Positions 28,372 through 38,366 are shown, counted from the first letter of the stretch. The stretch is 64,000 nucleotides of DNA from Candidatus Latescibacterota bacterium (GCA_965205485.1 OZ242180.1:1536001-1600000), one strand, 5' to 3'. The notes: generated by a model not told the origin, from the letters alone. Numbers and translations: made by a program.

Positions 28372-30339
28372 TCAATATCCATGAATCGAATGGCCCGCCC
28401 CGGGGAACCAGACGATATCCACGACAAGGGAAAGCCCCACGCCGGTGGTATACCCCGTCAATATCCCTAGAAAAAAAGGAATATAACGCCTGTACAGCGC
28501 CGCCCCGCCGATACGCAGGATAATGAACTTGATGCACCATGCGATAAACACCGAAAAAGTGGAAAAGTGTACGTACGAGATGCCGGCGATCGCGAAGCCA
28601 ACCGGATGAAGCGGCCACCAGGGGAAGCGGTATTTGAGGAACGTGAGGATGGACATCACGGCTGCCCCGATGCCCAGCAATATGGGTCGGATGCTGGTCT
28701 CGACCGCCGGATCCTTCATTTTCGACAGCGCATTCGCAAAGCCGCTCCGGCTGTATCGCGTGAACGGGAAGTCGTTGAAATTGTAGGCCCCGTGGGTATA
28801 CCCCAGGTAGAGGGTATAGGCGATGGATGCGACCACCCCCGCGGCAAACGCCAGGAATATTGCGGCCAACACGCGGGGACGGTCCTCGCGAGGGCAGAGG
28901 TCGGCAATTTTCGTGGCGTGAACGACGGAGGGCATGAACAGGCCCTTTCCGAACGACGTAAGCGCGTTCGAAAAGGCCAGGACAGTGAGGCTCGGCCCGG
29001 AGAGATTCCTCGGCCCGATCAGCCGGGTAACGATTTCCTGCTGGCCAATCGGCGTGCAGACGAAGACCAGGCCGACTTCGGCCACGATACGGGATACGCC
29101 AAGAAAAATGATCAGAGTCGCCAAAACGGACAGACATGCAACGCCAATCCCCATGCCGGCCCGCCAGAACCAGAATATGACGAAGACGGTACTCAGGATG
29201 AAACCCAGAACAGCGGTTCGGTATTTCATCATTTCGTCGGCATCGTCCAGTGGCGCGCTCCGGCCAATGGCGATCCTCATCACGGATCTCAGGTGGTGTC
29301 GCGCGATCCACAATCCCCAGCCAACCAGCGTGACGAATCCGCCGAGTTGAAGCCATGCAAACTCGCCCGTTGTCGTATAGGTACTGCTGGCGTTAAAGCC
29401 GTATCGATTGAGGATGCCGCTGCGCAGGATGAAGAGAACGCAGAAGAACCACAGGCTGAAGAGGACGTCGATATTTGCGAAGTAGGCGAAGGAGATGGTG
29501 AACATGTTGATGCGGGTCCAGATACCGGGGAAGTATCGTTCGAAATGCACCCAGGGACCCCAGCGGATATTGGGAATCTGCGGAAATCCGGGTACGAAGT
29601 AGTGGATCATGTTCCAGCTGATGATCCCCAGCGCAATGGCGAAGCCGATCCAGAAACGCCTTGGAAAACCGGGCTTCTCACGGTCGGTGAGATCCAGGAC
29701 CGGGCGCAGGATCGGGTAACTCAGCCGTTCGCTCTCCACCCATTGGCGTCGAAGTATCACGGAAAGGCTGGCGGAGGCCACAAAGAGGGCCGTGATCAAC
29801 GCCATCCACGCGGCCAGGGGAATGTACCAGACCTCCCAGGGAATGTCCATGCCGGGCGGGCCGCCTTCGAACAGGTGGTCCAGCGCATGGTTGACGTTGC
29901 GCGGCGCCAGCCATTGGGGAATGTAGGGGTGAAAAAATTCGCCCCACTGGTTTTCGGGCGTTGCGAAATAGTACGGCGCGGCAATTGCGCCCAGGAAATA
30001 ACCCGTCAGTCCGACCGAAGGGATGGCGCCGCCGACCAGGCCCCCGGCCAGGGTAACCTTGAGTTCGGTGGGCGAAAGCGCATATCTCGCGGCGAGTTTC
30101 CTGCAAAACGGATTGAGGATCAGGGCAAGGGTGAGGTACGCCATCAGCGACCCCATCGGGAAGTGGCTGAGGGTCATGCGGGAAGCGTGGATGACGTACT
30201 CGATGTAATTGACCCAGACGCACGCCCCGACGGAGACGAGCATGGCCAGAAGGATCGAACGGAGCGTGACACCACGGCTGGCGGGATCTGACACGGACGC
30301 GGAATGATAGGCGATGAGAGGATTGGACGTAGGAGGCAT
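28372..30339 (-). CDS. Polytopic membrane protein, OPT-like (DUF6785/DUF6784-type)
   Basis: GVTLRSILL start, RRQWVESERLSYPI, RIVAEVG, WWPLHPVGF, PFFLGI; about 15 hydrophobic segments. Confidence 0.75.
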   Translation of the reverse strand: MPPTSNPLIAYHSASVSDPASRGVTLRSILLAMLVSVGACVWVNYIEYVIHASRMTLSHFPMGSLMAYLTLALILNPFCRKLAARYALSPTELKVTLAGGLVGGAIPSVGLTGYFLGAIAAPYYFATPENQWGEFFHPYIPQWLAPRNVNHALDHLFEGGPPGMDIPWEVWYIPLAAWMALITALFVASASLSVILRRQWVESERLSYPILRPVLDLTDREKPGFPRRFWIGFAIALGIISWNMIHYFVPGFPQIPNIRWGPWVHFERYFPGIWTRINMFTISFAYFANIDVLFSLWFFCVLFILRSGILNRYGFNASSTYTTTGEFAWLQLGGFVTLVGWGLWIARHHLRSVMRIAIGRSAPLDDADEMMKYRTAVLGFILSTVFVIFWFWRAGMGIGVACLSVLATLIIFLGVSRIVAEVGLVFVCTPIGQQEIVTRLIGPRNLSGPSLTVLAFSNALTSFGKGLFMPSVVHATKIADLCPREDRPRVLAAIFLAFAAGVVASIAYTLYLGYTHGAYNFNDFPFTRYSRSGFANALSKMKDPAVETSIRPILLGIGAAVMSILTFLKYRFPWWPLHPVGFAIAGISYVHFSTFSVFIAWCIKFIILRIGGAALYRRYIPFFLGILTGYTTGVGLSLVVDIVWFPGAGHSIHGY

Positions 30340-30357
30340 GGAGTTAAAAGGAATACG

Positions 30358-31446
30358 CTATGCGGTGGGTGATCTGTAAAAGCGCACGGGATCTTCAAGG
30401 TCCCAGTCGCATTCGAACTTCAGCCGGGCAATGAGCTCACGCCGGTTGTCCTCATCCAAATACGGACGGTTCATGGCCTCACCCATGAGGGCTATGGAGG
30501 CGGGCCGTTTGTCGGAATGCCGGGTATGCGGAACATCGGTCTCGTGCACCTGCCATTCTCTGCCGCCGAAGATGCGGTAGTCGAACATATAGCCGGTCTT
30601 GCCTCGCTGTGCGGCGAGTCTGCACCAGCGAAAGGTGCGGGCGACACGCTCGTGTACGGGAATTCCTGCCGGCGTGCCATCCGGAAACAGGAGGACACGA
30701 CCGAGTTTGGCGAAGTGTACGAATCTGGTATCCGCGTCCAGCCAGTCGACGAGGCTTGTTTCGTCGTCCGCGCCCCACGCGAAGATGTGGCTGATGGATT
30801 CCGGCAGACACCCGAGGTCGCGGGACATCTGCAGTTTTCCGGGTTTGTCGGGCGGCATACTCAGGTGCAGAAGGATTTCGGCGTCCGGCTTGAGGGCCCT
30901 GATGCGTTCCGTGAGAATATCGACCACGAGCGCGTCCCACTGAAAGGGGCGGAGGGCCCGGCATTTCTCGCAAATACAGTTGCGGCCGATTTCCCGCGCG
31001 GGCTCGATGTCGATGCCGTCCACACCCGGCGCGAGGCGTTCGGCGACAATACGACCCATCCAGGCACAAGCCTCGGCGTCGTGGGGACAGAGAGCCGTAT
31101 CCGGTCCCTTGGCGCTTCGCTTTAGCAGGTGCGGCGGCGCGTCCGGTTCGGCCATGGTGTACTCGGATTCGCCTCCGCTGAATCCGTATATCGCGCGAAT
31201 GAGCTTGAGACCGACGCTATGGGCATATTCGACCGCTTCATGCCAGACGTCGTTGAAGCCCCGTGCGTTGGTCCAGAATACCACGAGCCGGTTCAGGCCG
31301 GACTCGGCGAGGTGGTCTACGTGGGCCCGGTTTACAGAGATGTCCCGGGGATGATTCGAGTACCCCTTTCGAAAAAAGAGGTTCCATCCGCATTCGAGGG
31401 TGCCGCGCAGGTCAAAACCACGCTCTGTCGAGTTCATATCGGTCAT
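30358..31446 (-). CDS. Hypothetical protein with CxCxxC motif (glycoside hydrolase-like barrel?)
   Basis: LCPHD, GVDGIDIE, CICEKCR; the ORF-track extension to 31659 is MITE sequence, so the start was reassigned to 31446 or 31437. Confidence 0.7.
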   Translation of the reverse strand: MTDMNSTERGFDLRGTLECGWNLFFRKGYSNHPRDISVNRAHVDHLAESGLNRLVVFWTNARGFNDVWHEAVEYAHSVGLKLIRAIYGFSGGESEYTMAEPDAPPHLLKRSAKGPDTALCPHDAEACAWMGRIVAERLAPGVDGIDIEPAREIGRNCICEKCRALRPFQWDALVVDILTERIRALKPDAEILLHLSMPPDKPGKLQMSRDLGCLPESISHIFAWGADDETSLVDWLDADTRFVHFAKLGRVLLFPDGTPAGIPVHERVARTFRWCRLAAQRGKTGYMFDYRIFGGREWQVHETDVPHTRHSDKRPASIALMGEAMNRPYLDEDNRRELIARLKFECDWDLEDPVRFYRSPTA

Positions 31447-31448
31447 TG

Positions 31449-31608
31449 CAGTCCGTTGATAAAGTCGCTCTGCAGGCGAGGCCGAGCCATTGTGGCCGAA
31501 GACAAGGCGCGCGACCGAGTCCCATCCCTCGATTCGGCGAGGGAGCGCAACGCAGTATTTCGACCGCAAGGGCCGGCCGTAGCCCGGATGGGCTTTTTCA
31601 ACGGGCTG
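31449..31608. mobile_element. MITE family A, copy 1 (160 bp)
   Basis: TIR CAGTCCGTTGATAAAG...CTTTTTCAACGGGCTG; homologous to 44418-44516 and 47737-47896. Confidence 0.85.
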
Positions 31609-31663
31609 ATAGGGAATGAGGGGCCTGCAACATGATAAACGCGAACCGGCGGATGTCAACCTA

Positions 31664-31748
31664 GAAGCTGTCTTAAAATTCCCAGCGGTCTTCGCACGGC
31701 TGCAAAAAGCGCCGGTCGGGAACTCACCGGTAATTTTAAAACAAACTC
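31664..31748. mobile_element. MITE family B, internally deleted copy (85 bp)
   Basis: Reverse complement of both ends of 40938-41147, joined at a CCGA microhomology. Confidence 0.85.
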
Positions 31749-31816
31749 TTATGAATAAATCGAAATTGATGTACTTGCCAAATGGCGAATTGTGGACTTA
31801 ATTAGAGTCTTCCAGA

Positions 31817-32066
31817 TTCTGATCTTGCCTATTGTTTCTGATCCTGTCAATCCTGATCGGTTTTGATCCTGGCTTCTAATTCTGCTTAATCCTGATTGTT
31901 TCTGATCCTGCTTCTAATCCTGCTTAATCCTGGTCGGTTTTGATCTTGCTCCTGGCTTCTAATCCTGTCAATCGTGTGCGGTTCTGGTTTCAATCCTGCT
32001 TAATCCTGGTCGGTTCTGGTTTTAATCCTGCTTAATCCCGGTCGGTTTTGATCCTGTGCATCCATG
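31817..32066. repeat. Degenerate ATCCTG tandem array
   Basis: About 17 ATCCTG-like cores with recurring linkers (CTTA, GTCGGTTTTG, GCTTCTA), ending ATCCTGTGCATCCATG. Confidence 0.9.
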
Positions 32067-32082
32067 CAAATCCCGATTGGCT

Positions 32083-33345
32083 ATGGGACATCCGGTAGAA
32101 AAATTCCTGCTGATATCCATCGACTGCCTCCGGTACGATTCGGTGAGCCGGGTCAATCGCAGGCTGAACACGCCCAAGTTCGACCTGTTGACACGGGATT
32201 ATGCGTTCGCCGAGCGTTTTTTCGTGACCGCCCCTGCCACGCGCCCGTCTCACACATCCATGTTTACCGGGCTATATCCGTTTGAACACGGACTGTGCGG
32301 GCAGACGTATCTGAAGATGTTCGCGGGGATTCCGAACCTGTTTCAGCTTTTCTCGGATGCGGGTTATGAAATCCATGGCCGCTCCGAGCGGACGGACGTG
32401 TTCCGTTTTCTGGACTACGAGCGTTATATCGGACCTATGGATCCCAACGCGACGGATCAGCATCTCGGTTCGTTGGAAGACTTGCTGCGGTCGGCATTCG
32501 AAGGAGAGGACCGGCCGCGGTTCTGTTTTTTGCATTTCTGGTATACGCATGGCGGCTATGGGGCGAGGGGGATTCCCGGAGCGCCGAATCTCAAGGCCTT
32601 GATCGACGCCGGCCGGGTGCAGGAGGCGCTCCGGTTTTATTACGCGGCGGCGACGCACGTGCAGGAGTTCCTGCTCGTGGAGATCCTGAAGCGCGTGAAT
32701 CTTGACGAATGGGCGGTGTTTATCCTGGGCGATCACGGAGAGGGGTTCTGCAAGGAGGGGCTGGCGCACGGGGACCTGTTGCACGAGAATGTGATCCACG
32801 TCCCGCTGCTGGTTTCCCTTCCCGGACACGATGGACTGAAATTACCGCGGGGGCCCCTTGCGACGATCGATCTGTTCCCCACTATTGCAAACCTCGCCGG
32901 GCTTTCGGTAGACTATAAAGGATATGGCCGTGACTTGCACGACAACGGGGGTTCTTATCGCGATCGATGGGTGTATTCGGAACTCGACAACCTTTACGGC
33001 GTCGGATTCCTGAACCCGGGCAATCTGCGTGCGGACCGCAATCGGGTGACGTCACGCGTAGCGATGGACGGCATGGAACTGAAGCGAGACGAGGATGGAC
33101 TGCGCATGTGGTCCGTCACGGACGGACGGATCTTCTACAGAGAAAAACTCGACGGTGAGGATTTCGTTCTTCGGGACGTGTTCAGCGGTGCGGAGATGCA
33201 ATGCGAAGATCCCGGTCCCTACAGGCATGCCCGAAACGAGATAATGAGCGGATCCAATTACAAGCACCTCCGGGCGCAGGAAACCACGCAGGCCGAAGCC
33301 GACATTCTGGCAGCAAGATTGAGGAATCTCGGGTATATCGAATAA
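32083..33345 (+). CDS. Sulfatase-like hydrolase/transferase (alkaline phosphatase superfamily)
   Basis: ISIDCLRYD, TRPSHTSMFTGLYP, GDHGE, HVPLL, DLFPTI, RLRNLGYIE. Confidence 0.85.
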   Translation: MGHPVEKFLLISIDCLRYDSVSRVNRRLNTPKFDLLTRDYAFAERFFVTAPATRPSHTSMFTGLYPFEHGLCGQTYLKMFAGIPNLFQLFSDAGYEIHGRSERTDVFRFLDYERYIGPMDPNATDQHLGSLEDLLRSAFEGEDRPRFCFLHFWYTHGGYGARGIPGAPNLKALIDAGRVQEALRFYYAAATHVQEFLLVEILKRVNLDEWAVFILGDHGEGFCKEGLAHGDLLHENVIHVPLLVSLPGHDGLKLPRGPLATIDLFPTIANLAGLSVDYKGYGRDLHDNGGSYRDRWVYSELDNLYGVGFLNPGNLRADRNRVTSRVAMDGMELKRDEDGLRMWSVTDGRIFYREKLDGEDFVLRDVFSGAEMQCEDPGPYRHARNEIMSGSNYKHLRAQETTQAEADILAARLRNLGYIE

Positions 33346-33535
33346 CACTTCTAACGACAGGTCGAGTCCGAAAAAATCCCGTACAACTGACGTGCGTGAT
33401 CGATCAAGTATCTTTTCAAACAGGGGACAGGTGTGTATCTTTTAGTGTTGGCACCTGACGAATGGACGAGGCCTTTATGACCTGCACGTCACGAAAATTG
33501 CATCATTTCAAGACATTTAATGGAAAGGAAAAGAA

Positions 33536-33739
33536 ATGCCGATCATGCTTTCGAAGACATACGCCGCTCTGGTCGCCGCCGGGGCACCGGAGGAAGCCGC
33601 CAGCGAAGCTGCCGAGGAAATTGCCGATTTCGAGCAGAAGCTTTCAGCTATGCAAAGCGACATCAAGCTGATTAAATGGACGCTTGGCGTTGTCCTGGCG
33701 TGCGTTGTTGTTCCGCTGATCAAGTCCCTCCTGCAATGA
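33536..33739 (+). CDS. Small coiled-coil protein with C-terminal TM (CCDC90/DUF1640-like)
   Basis: YAALVAAGAPEEAA..AA, DIKLIKWTLG plus hydrophobic tail; purine-rich RBS. Confidence 0.7.
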   Translation: MPIMLSKTYAALVAAGAPEEAASEAAEEIADFEQKLSAMQSDIKLIKWTLGVVLACVVVPLIKSLLQ

Positions 33740-33834
33740 GTGAATAGACCGACTCCTTCCTGGAACGGGACAATTTTCCTATATCAAATCAACATTACTG
33801 CTCAAGTACTCGACACAGCCTCTTTCCTCGCTGC

Positions 33835-34674
33835 TCATCCGCGCGAAGGCTCGGGCATCTCCTTCTTTGCCTTTGCGGCCAGTCCGGCCAGGTGGCCGTC
33901 GTGCGCCATGCCCTGCTCGAGATGAATTCTGCGTTCCGGACCGGCGGTTGCGACCATAGTCTCGCCATAGAGACGGTCGATCCAGAAGCGGGCATGGCCG
34001 GAAATGTAATTCTTGAAATCTTCGATTCTCTCATCGGGAAAGCGTTGTGAACAGTTGATGGTGAACATGCGCCTTCGAGGGCTGCCGCCGAAAGCGGCGT
34101 GTTTGAGGTTGTGGTTGAACACGGCGATATCTCCGGGCCGGGTTTCCAAAGCAACGCCCGGAAGCAAGTCTTCGCCCTGAACGCCCCAGTTTCGCTCGCA
34201 TTCCCGGATCTGGTCCTGGACGGCCCGGGCGAAGCGATCGTCCAGGATGTGGCTTCCGGGGATAACGCGCAGGCAGCCGGTGTACCGGGCCAACGGATCC
34301 AGGTAGAAGGCGATCTTGACAAAACGAACGGTCTTGCCCCAGCCGTCGGAATGCCACACGGTATCGCCCGCGTAGTAGTTGCCGTCCGAACCGACGTAGT
34401 TGTAATCGAATCCGAGCAGGTCGACAAGAAGCCCGTTGATGCGGGGATCGTCCAGAAGGGCGCAGAGGCGTTCGTGCTGGTCGATGAACGGTACGATGCA
34501 TGACCGCCGTTCTCCGTCGTGCGGCTTTCCGTAGTGCCCGCCTCCGCGGTCCGTCCAGACATGCTCGAATGCGTCGATGACGTCGTCAATAACGTCGGAC
34601 ATCAGACCGGGCAGGCACAGATATCCGAACGTGTCGAAAAACGCGAGTTGCTGCCGGGTGAGCAGATTTGGCAT
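33835..34674 (-). CDS. PhyH-family dioxygenase
   Basis: FFDTFGY, WHSD, GCLRVIPGSH, PGDIAVF...KHAA. Confidence 0.9.
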   Translation of the reverse strand: MPNLLTRQQLAFFDTFGYLCLPGLMSDVIDDVIDAFEHVWTDRGGGHYGKPHDGERRSCIVPFIDQHERLCALLDDPRINGLLVDLLGFDYNYVGSDGNYYAGDTVWHSDGWGKTVRFVKIAFYLDPLARYTGCLRVIPGSHILDDRFARAVQDQIRECERNWGVQGEDLLPGVALETRPGDIAVFNHNLKHAAFGGSPRRRMFTINCSQRFPDERIEDFKNYISGHARFWIDRLYGETMVATAGPERRIHLEQGMAHDGHLAGLAAKAKKEMPEPSRG

Positions 34675-34983
34675 ATCGGCACCTCTCTCGGATGTATATG
34701 GTTACTGGATATCCTGCAGGTATACTGTACGAATTTTCGCCGAAAGTCCACATACATGATAGTGAATTTCGAACTGTTGTCGAGATATAGTCTGAACTAT
34801 TCTGAATCATTCGCGAAAACCGGAGGTCTTATAGTATATTCAATTGTTCGTCGGTAACCTTAGCGTAGAATACAGCGGGAGTTTTTCTTGAGCGGTGGAA
34901 CTGTGGTGGTCAGCCATGTGTTACGCAGGGTGGACGGACTCATCGCTACGGACCGGAAGAATGAGCATTTAACTTGCTCCCGG

Positions 34984-35095
34984 TTTCTAATCCTGCTCTT
35001 GGCCTTTGTCCTGTTTTTAGTTTCTAATCCTCTTAATCCTGATCGTTTTTGATCCTGCTTCTCGCTTCTAATCCTGTCTATCCTGTCCATCCATG
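34984..35095. repeat. ATCCTG array, second expanded copy
   Basis: Same cores and linkers as 31817-32066; ends AATCCTGTCTATCCTGTCCATCCATG. Confidence 0.8.
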
Positions 35096-35137
35096 TAGTC
35101 TCCGGCTTTAGGATGTAATAGTTGCCGAGGAGGCGAT

Positions 35138-36154
35138 ATGTCGGTTCGGTTTGCATTTGTCGGATTTCGTCATGGGCATATACACGACCTTTACAAGCGG
35201 GCGAACGGACGCGAAGACGTAGAGGTCGTGGCTGCCTGTGAAGCGGACGATGCCGCGCGGGGGGCGGCTGCCGCCGCCGGCGCAAACGTCACGCACTCGG
35301 ACTCCGAGCGGATGTTGGGCGAAGTGGATTGCGACGTCGTGGCGATCGGGGAGTATTTCGCCAGGCGCGGCAGTGCGGCCACCCACGCCCTGAACGCGGG
35401 AAAGCATGTCATCGTCGATAAACCATTGTGTACCAGCCTGGACGAACTCGACGAAATCGAACGGATCGCGGGCGAGCGGAATCTGACCGTCGGATGCATG
35501 CTATCCATGCGGGACCACGGACAGACCATCGGCGCGAGGAACATGATTCGGCAGGGTACGATCGGGGAGGTCCACGCGATTTCATTTGGCGGACAGCATC
35601 CGCTGCTGCTGGGGTCGAGGCCGGGCTGGTATTTCGAAGAAGGCAAGCACGGCGGCACCATTAACGACCTTGCCATCCATGCCATTGACTGTCTTCCTTG
35701 GATAACCGGCCTGGAATTCGAGTCTGTCAACGCCGCCAGATGCTGGAATGCCTTCGCGCCGGAGTTTCCCCATTTTCGAGACGGCGCGCAGATGATGCTG
35801 ACGATGGACAACGGTTGCGGCGTGCTTGGAGACGTGTCGTACTTCATGCCTGACAGGGCGGGGTATTCACTGCCGTTCTACTGGCGGTACACGTTCTGGG
35901 GTCGGGATGGCGTGCTCGAGGCAGGCACGACGCAGGATACCATTCAGGTTGCGTGGAAGGATTCGGAGCGGGTGGAATCGCGGTCGATTCCTGAAGATCG
36001 GTCCGGAGGGTATCTTCAGGCATTCCTGGACGATATCCGGGGCGAGGCCGAGGAAGGCGAACGGAGCACCGAATCGGTGATTCGCGCCGCCAGAACGGTG
36101 CTGAAGATTCAGAGGGCGGCGGATGAGAACGCACATGATGTATCCTTGCGTTAA
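35138..36154 (+). CDS. Gfo/Idh/MocA family oxidoreductase
   Basis: FAFVGFRHGH, GKHVIVDKP, GGTINDLAIHAID; GAGGAGG RBS. Confidence 0.9.
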   Translation: MSVRFAFVGFRHGHIHDLYKRANGREDVEVVAACEADDAARGAAAAAGANVTHSDSERMLGEVDCDVVAIGEYFARRGSAATHALNAGKHVIVDKPLCTSLDELDEIERIAGERNLTVGCMLSMRDHGQTIGARNMIRQGTIGEVHAISFGGQHPLLLGSRPGWYFEEGKHGGTINDLAIHAIDCLPWITGLEFESVNAARCWNAFAPEFPHFRDGAQMMLTMDNGCGVLGDVSYFMPDRAGYSLPFYWRYTFWGRDGVLEAGTTQDTIQVAWKDSERVESRSIPEDRSGGYLQAFLDDIRGEAEEGERSTESVIRAARTVLKIQRAADENAHDVSLR

Positions 36155-36184
36155 TTTTCTCGCACAAACAGCCTCCTTTGAATA

Positions 36185-36213
36185 TTGACTCTTTGGGTGG
36201 CATTGTTTAAAGT
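36185..36213 (+). promoter_or_regulatory. Putative sigma70 promoter
   Basis: TTGACT-N17-TAAAGT upstream of the PorV-like gene. Confidence 0.4.
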
Positions 36214-36261
36214 TTGAGAGATTGGAATTTCGGCGGGATTCAAACGTTCCGGGAGCATGTT

Positions 36262-37158
36262 TTGACGTCAACACGACAAATATTGCCGGTCTTTGGTCTT
36301 CTTTTGGTATTGGGATCGGCAGGCCGGGCGACGGCGTCCGGAAAGAGCGCGGGATTCGTGCTGCTTCGGGAGGGAATAGGCGCTCGCGCCGAAGCAATGG
36401 GCGGGGCCTATACGGCGGTCGCGCGCGATCAGACGGCGGCGGCGTGGAACCCGGCGGGCATCGGCGCCCTGACGGGCAAGGACTTTCTGGTGACGCATCA
36501 CAGCTCGTTCCAGGAAATCCAGCAGATCTATGGCGGATGGGCATATGGCAATGGCCGGTCCGGCGTTGCTTTGAGCCTGGGTATCTATTCGGTAGGCGGG
36601 ATTGAAGCGCGGACCGGTCCGTCCTCGCAGCCTCAGGGTACATTCGGCATCTACGAAATCATCGCGGGGCTCACGTACGCGAAACGGATCAGGCCGGGTT
36701 TTTACGCCGGCGCAACCGTGCGCGCATTGCACGAGTCCATCGGCCCCGAGCAGGCATCGGGATTCAGCGTGGACCTCGGTCTGTTTTACCGTTTCAGGTC
36801 GAAGGGTCTGACCGCCGGCGCCAGCTACCGGAATCTGGGACGGATGGAGGTGATGGATACGCAGAGGACGCCTCTACCCGGGACGTTTCGAGCCGGAATC
36901 GCCTGGCGGACGAAGTGGTTGACGGGTTCTCTCGATCTGGGCGCGCCAAGACACGGTTCCGTGGGCGTGCATACCGGCGTGGAACTGCGCGTAAAAGGGA
37001 CGCTGTGTCTGCGTGCCGGGTACCGAACGGGTCACGATATCCGTGACTGGTCGTTCGGATTCGGGATCCAGCCGGGCAGTTGGCGGATGGAATATGCCTA
37101 TGTGCCGGCCGCATTGGGACTCGACGGTTCGCATCGGCTGGAGTTCGGTATCAGGTAG
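36262..37158 (+). CDS. PorV/PorQ-family outer-membrane beta-barrel
   Basis: GARAEAMGGAYTAVA.D..A..WNPAG, DLG, LRAGY, YAY......SHR; start estimated. Confidence 0.8.
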   Translation: MTSTRQILPVFGLLLVLGSAGRATASGKSAGFVLLREGIGARAEAMGGAYTAVARDQTAAAWNPAGIGALTGKDFLVTHHSSFQEIQQIYGGWAYGNGRSGVALSLGIYSVGGIEARTGPSSQPQGTFGIYEIIAGLTYAKRIRPGFYAGATVRALHESIGPEQASGFSVDLGLFYRFRSKGLTAGASYRNLGRMEVMDTQRTPLPGTFRAGIAWRTKWLTGSLDLGAPRHGSVGVHTGVELRVKGTLCLRAGYRTGHDIRDWSFGFGIQPGSWRMEYAYVPAALGLDGSHRLEFGIR

Positions 37159-37196
37159 CCGGCATGGAGTCCACGTCAGCGCAGTGACGAGACGGG

Positions 37197-38192
37197 ATGA
37201 ATCGACGGTCGAATGGTGAGGAATTTTTGGGACAGGGCACTACAGACCGCATATGGCTGAACGTCCTGTTGTTCGTCCTGACCGCGTACACGACAACCGC
37301 CGCAGGCGTGCAGATGGCGGTCGCCATGCACGTGGCGGTTTCACCGGAATCCCTTCCACGGGACCTGTACTCGACGGAGCTGCTGTGGAATCCGAAATAT
37401 CTGGTTCTGGGGCTTCCGTTTTCCGGAACCCTGTTATTGATTCTGGGCATCCACGAGATGGGGCACTACCTCACCTCCCGCCGTTGGATGGTGCGCGCGA
37501 CCTTGCCTTATTTCATTCCCTTTCCGTCATTCATCGGTACCCTGGGTGCTGTAATCAAGATCAGATCCCGCATTCCGAATCGGCGCGCGCTATTGGACAT
37601 CGGAGCCTCCGGACCGCTCGCCGGTTTCGTCGTTGCCCTGCTTGCCCTGATCGTCGGGTTGCATCTTTCCGAAATCGTGCCCGTCTCAACCTTTGACGAA
37701 GGCGGGATTTCACTCGGTAATTCCATTCTCGGCGGGTGGCTGACGAATCAGATTATCGGAGACCTCCCCGATGGATTTGCGATCTACGATCATCCGATCT
37801 TCGTGGCCGGCTGGCTGGGCCTCTTTGTGACCGCACTGAATCTCATGCCGGTGGGACAGTTCGACGGCGGGCATATTGTCTATGCATTCGGAGGGGCGCG
37901 CATCCACGCGCTGGTTTCGAAAGCGGCGCTTTTCGTTCTTGGAGGCTTGTGGGCGCTGGGGCCGCCGTATGACTGGCTGTACGTCCAGGATGGAGCCTCA
38001 ACCTGGCTCGATACGCGGTGGCCGGGATGGCTCATCTGGATCCTCATCGCGTTGGCGTTGGGTCGCCGACATTCCCTTACCGGCGACCCCGATCTGGTCC
38101 TCGATCCGTTTCGGAAGCTGATGGGATATCTGTCACTCATCATCTTCGTACTCTGTTTCGTGCCGCGGCCCGTTAGCTTTTCCGTGCCTTGA
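37197..38192 (+). CDS. Site-2 protease (M50) family
   Basis: HEMGHY, LPYFIP, GTLGAVI, GPLAG, LNLMPVGQFDGGH. Confidence 0.92.
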   Translation: MNRRSNGEEFLGQGTTDRIWLNVLLFVLTAYTTTAAGVQMAVAMHVAVSPESLPRDLYSTELLWNPKYLVLGLPFSGTLLLILGIHEMGHYLTSRRWMVRATLPYFIPFPSFIGTLGAVIKIRSRIPNRRALLDIGASGPLAGFVVALLALIVGLHLSEIVPVSTFDEGGISLGNSILGGWLTNQIIGDLPDGFAIYDHPIFVAGWLGLFVTALNLMPVGQFDGGHIVYAFGGARIHALVSKAALFVLGGLWALGPPYDWLYVQDGASTWLDTRWPGWLIWILIALALGRRHSLTGDPDLVLDPFRKLMGYLSLIIFVLCFVPRPVSFSVP

Positions 38193-38366
38193 ATTTTCCA
38201 CGGACGCGCTCCGTTTCCCCCGCGCCGGAATTCAGGCCCGACATTCCTCCCCCGATTGAATCCATCTGTCTCCCTGCACCGGTTGATCCCGGTGTGCATC
38301 GGGACCTGCTTACCCGTGCCGGGTCGTGATTCCTCCGGCCCTATCGGTATCGCGATCTTTCATGCT

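Noticed and set aside
28567..30291. Long antisense ORFs (also 935-2101, 16037-17650, 57788-59116)
   Set aside because: Shadows of real opposite-strand genes, expected in high-GC DNA; no motifs.
31817..32066. CRISPR array
   Set aside because: No constant 25-45 bp repeat with unique spacers; the linkers themselves recur; no cas genes.
34860..34983. Riboswitch or ncRNA in the divergent intergenic region
   Set aside because: No recognisable aptamer consensus; it would need an Rfam search.
34860..35285. 141-aa minus-strand ORF containing MDRIDRI
   Set aside because: Translation of the ATCCTG array; overlaps a real gene.
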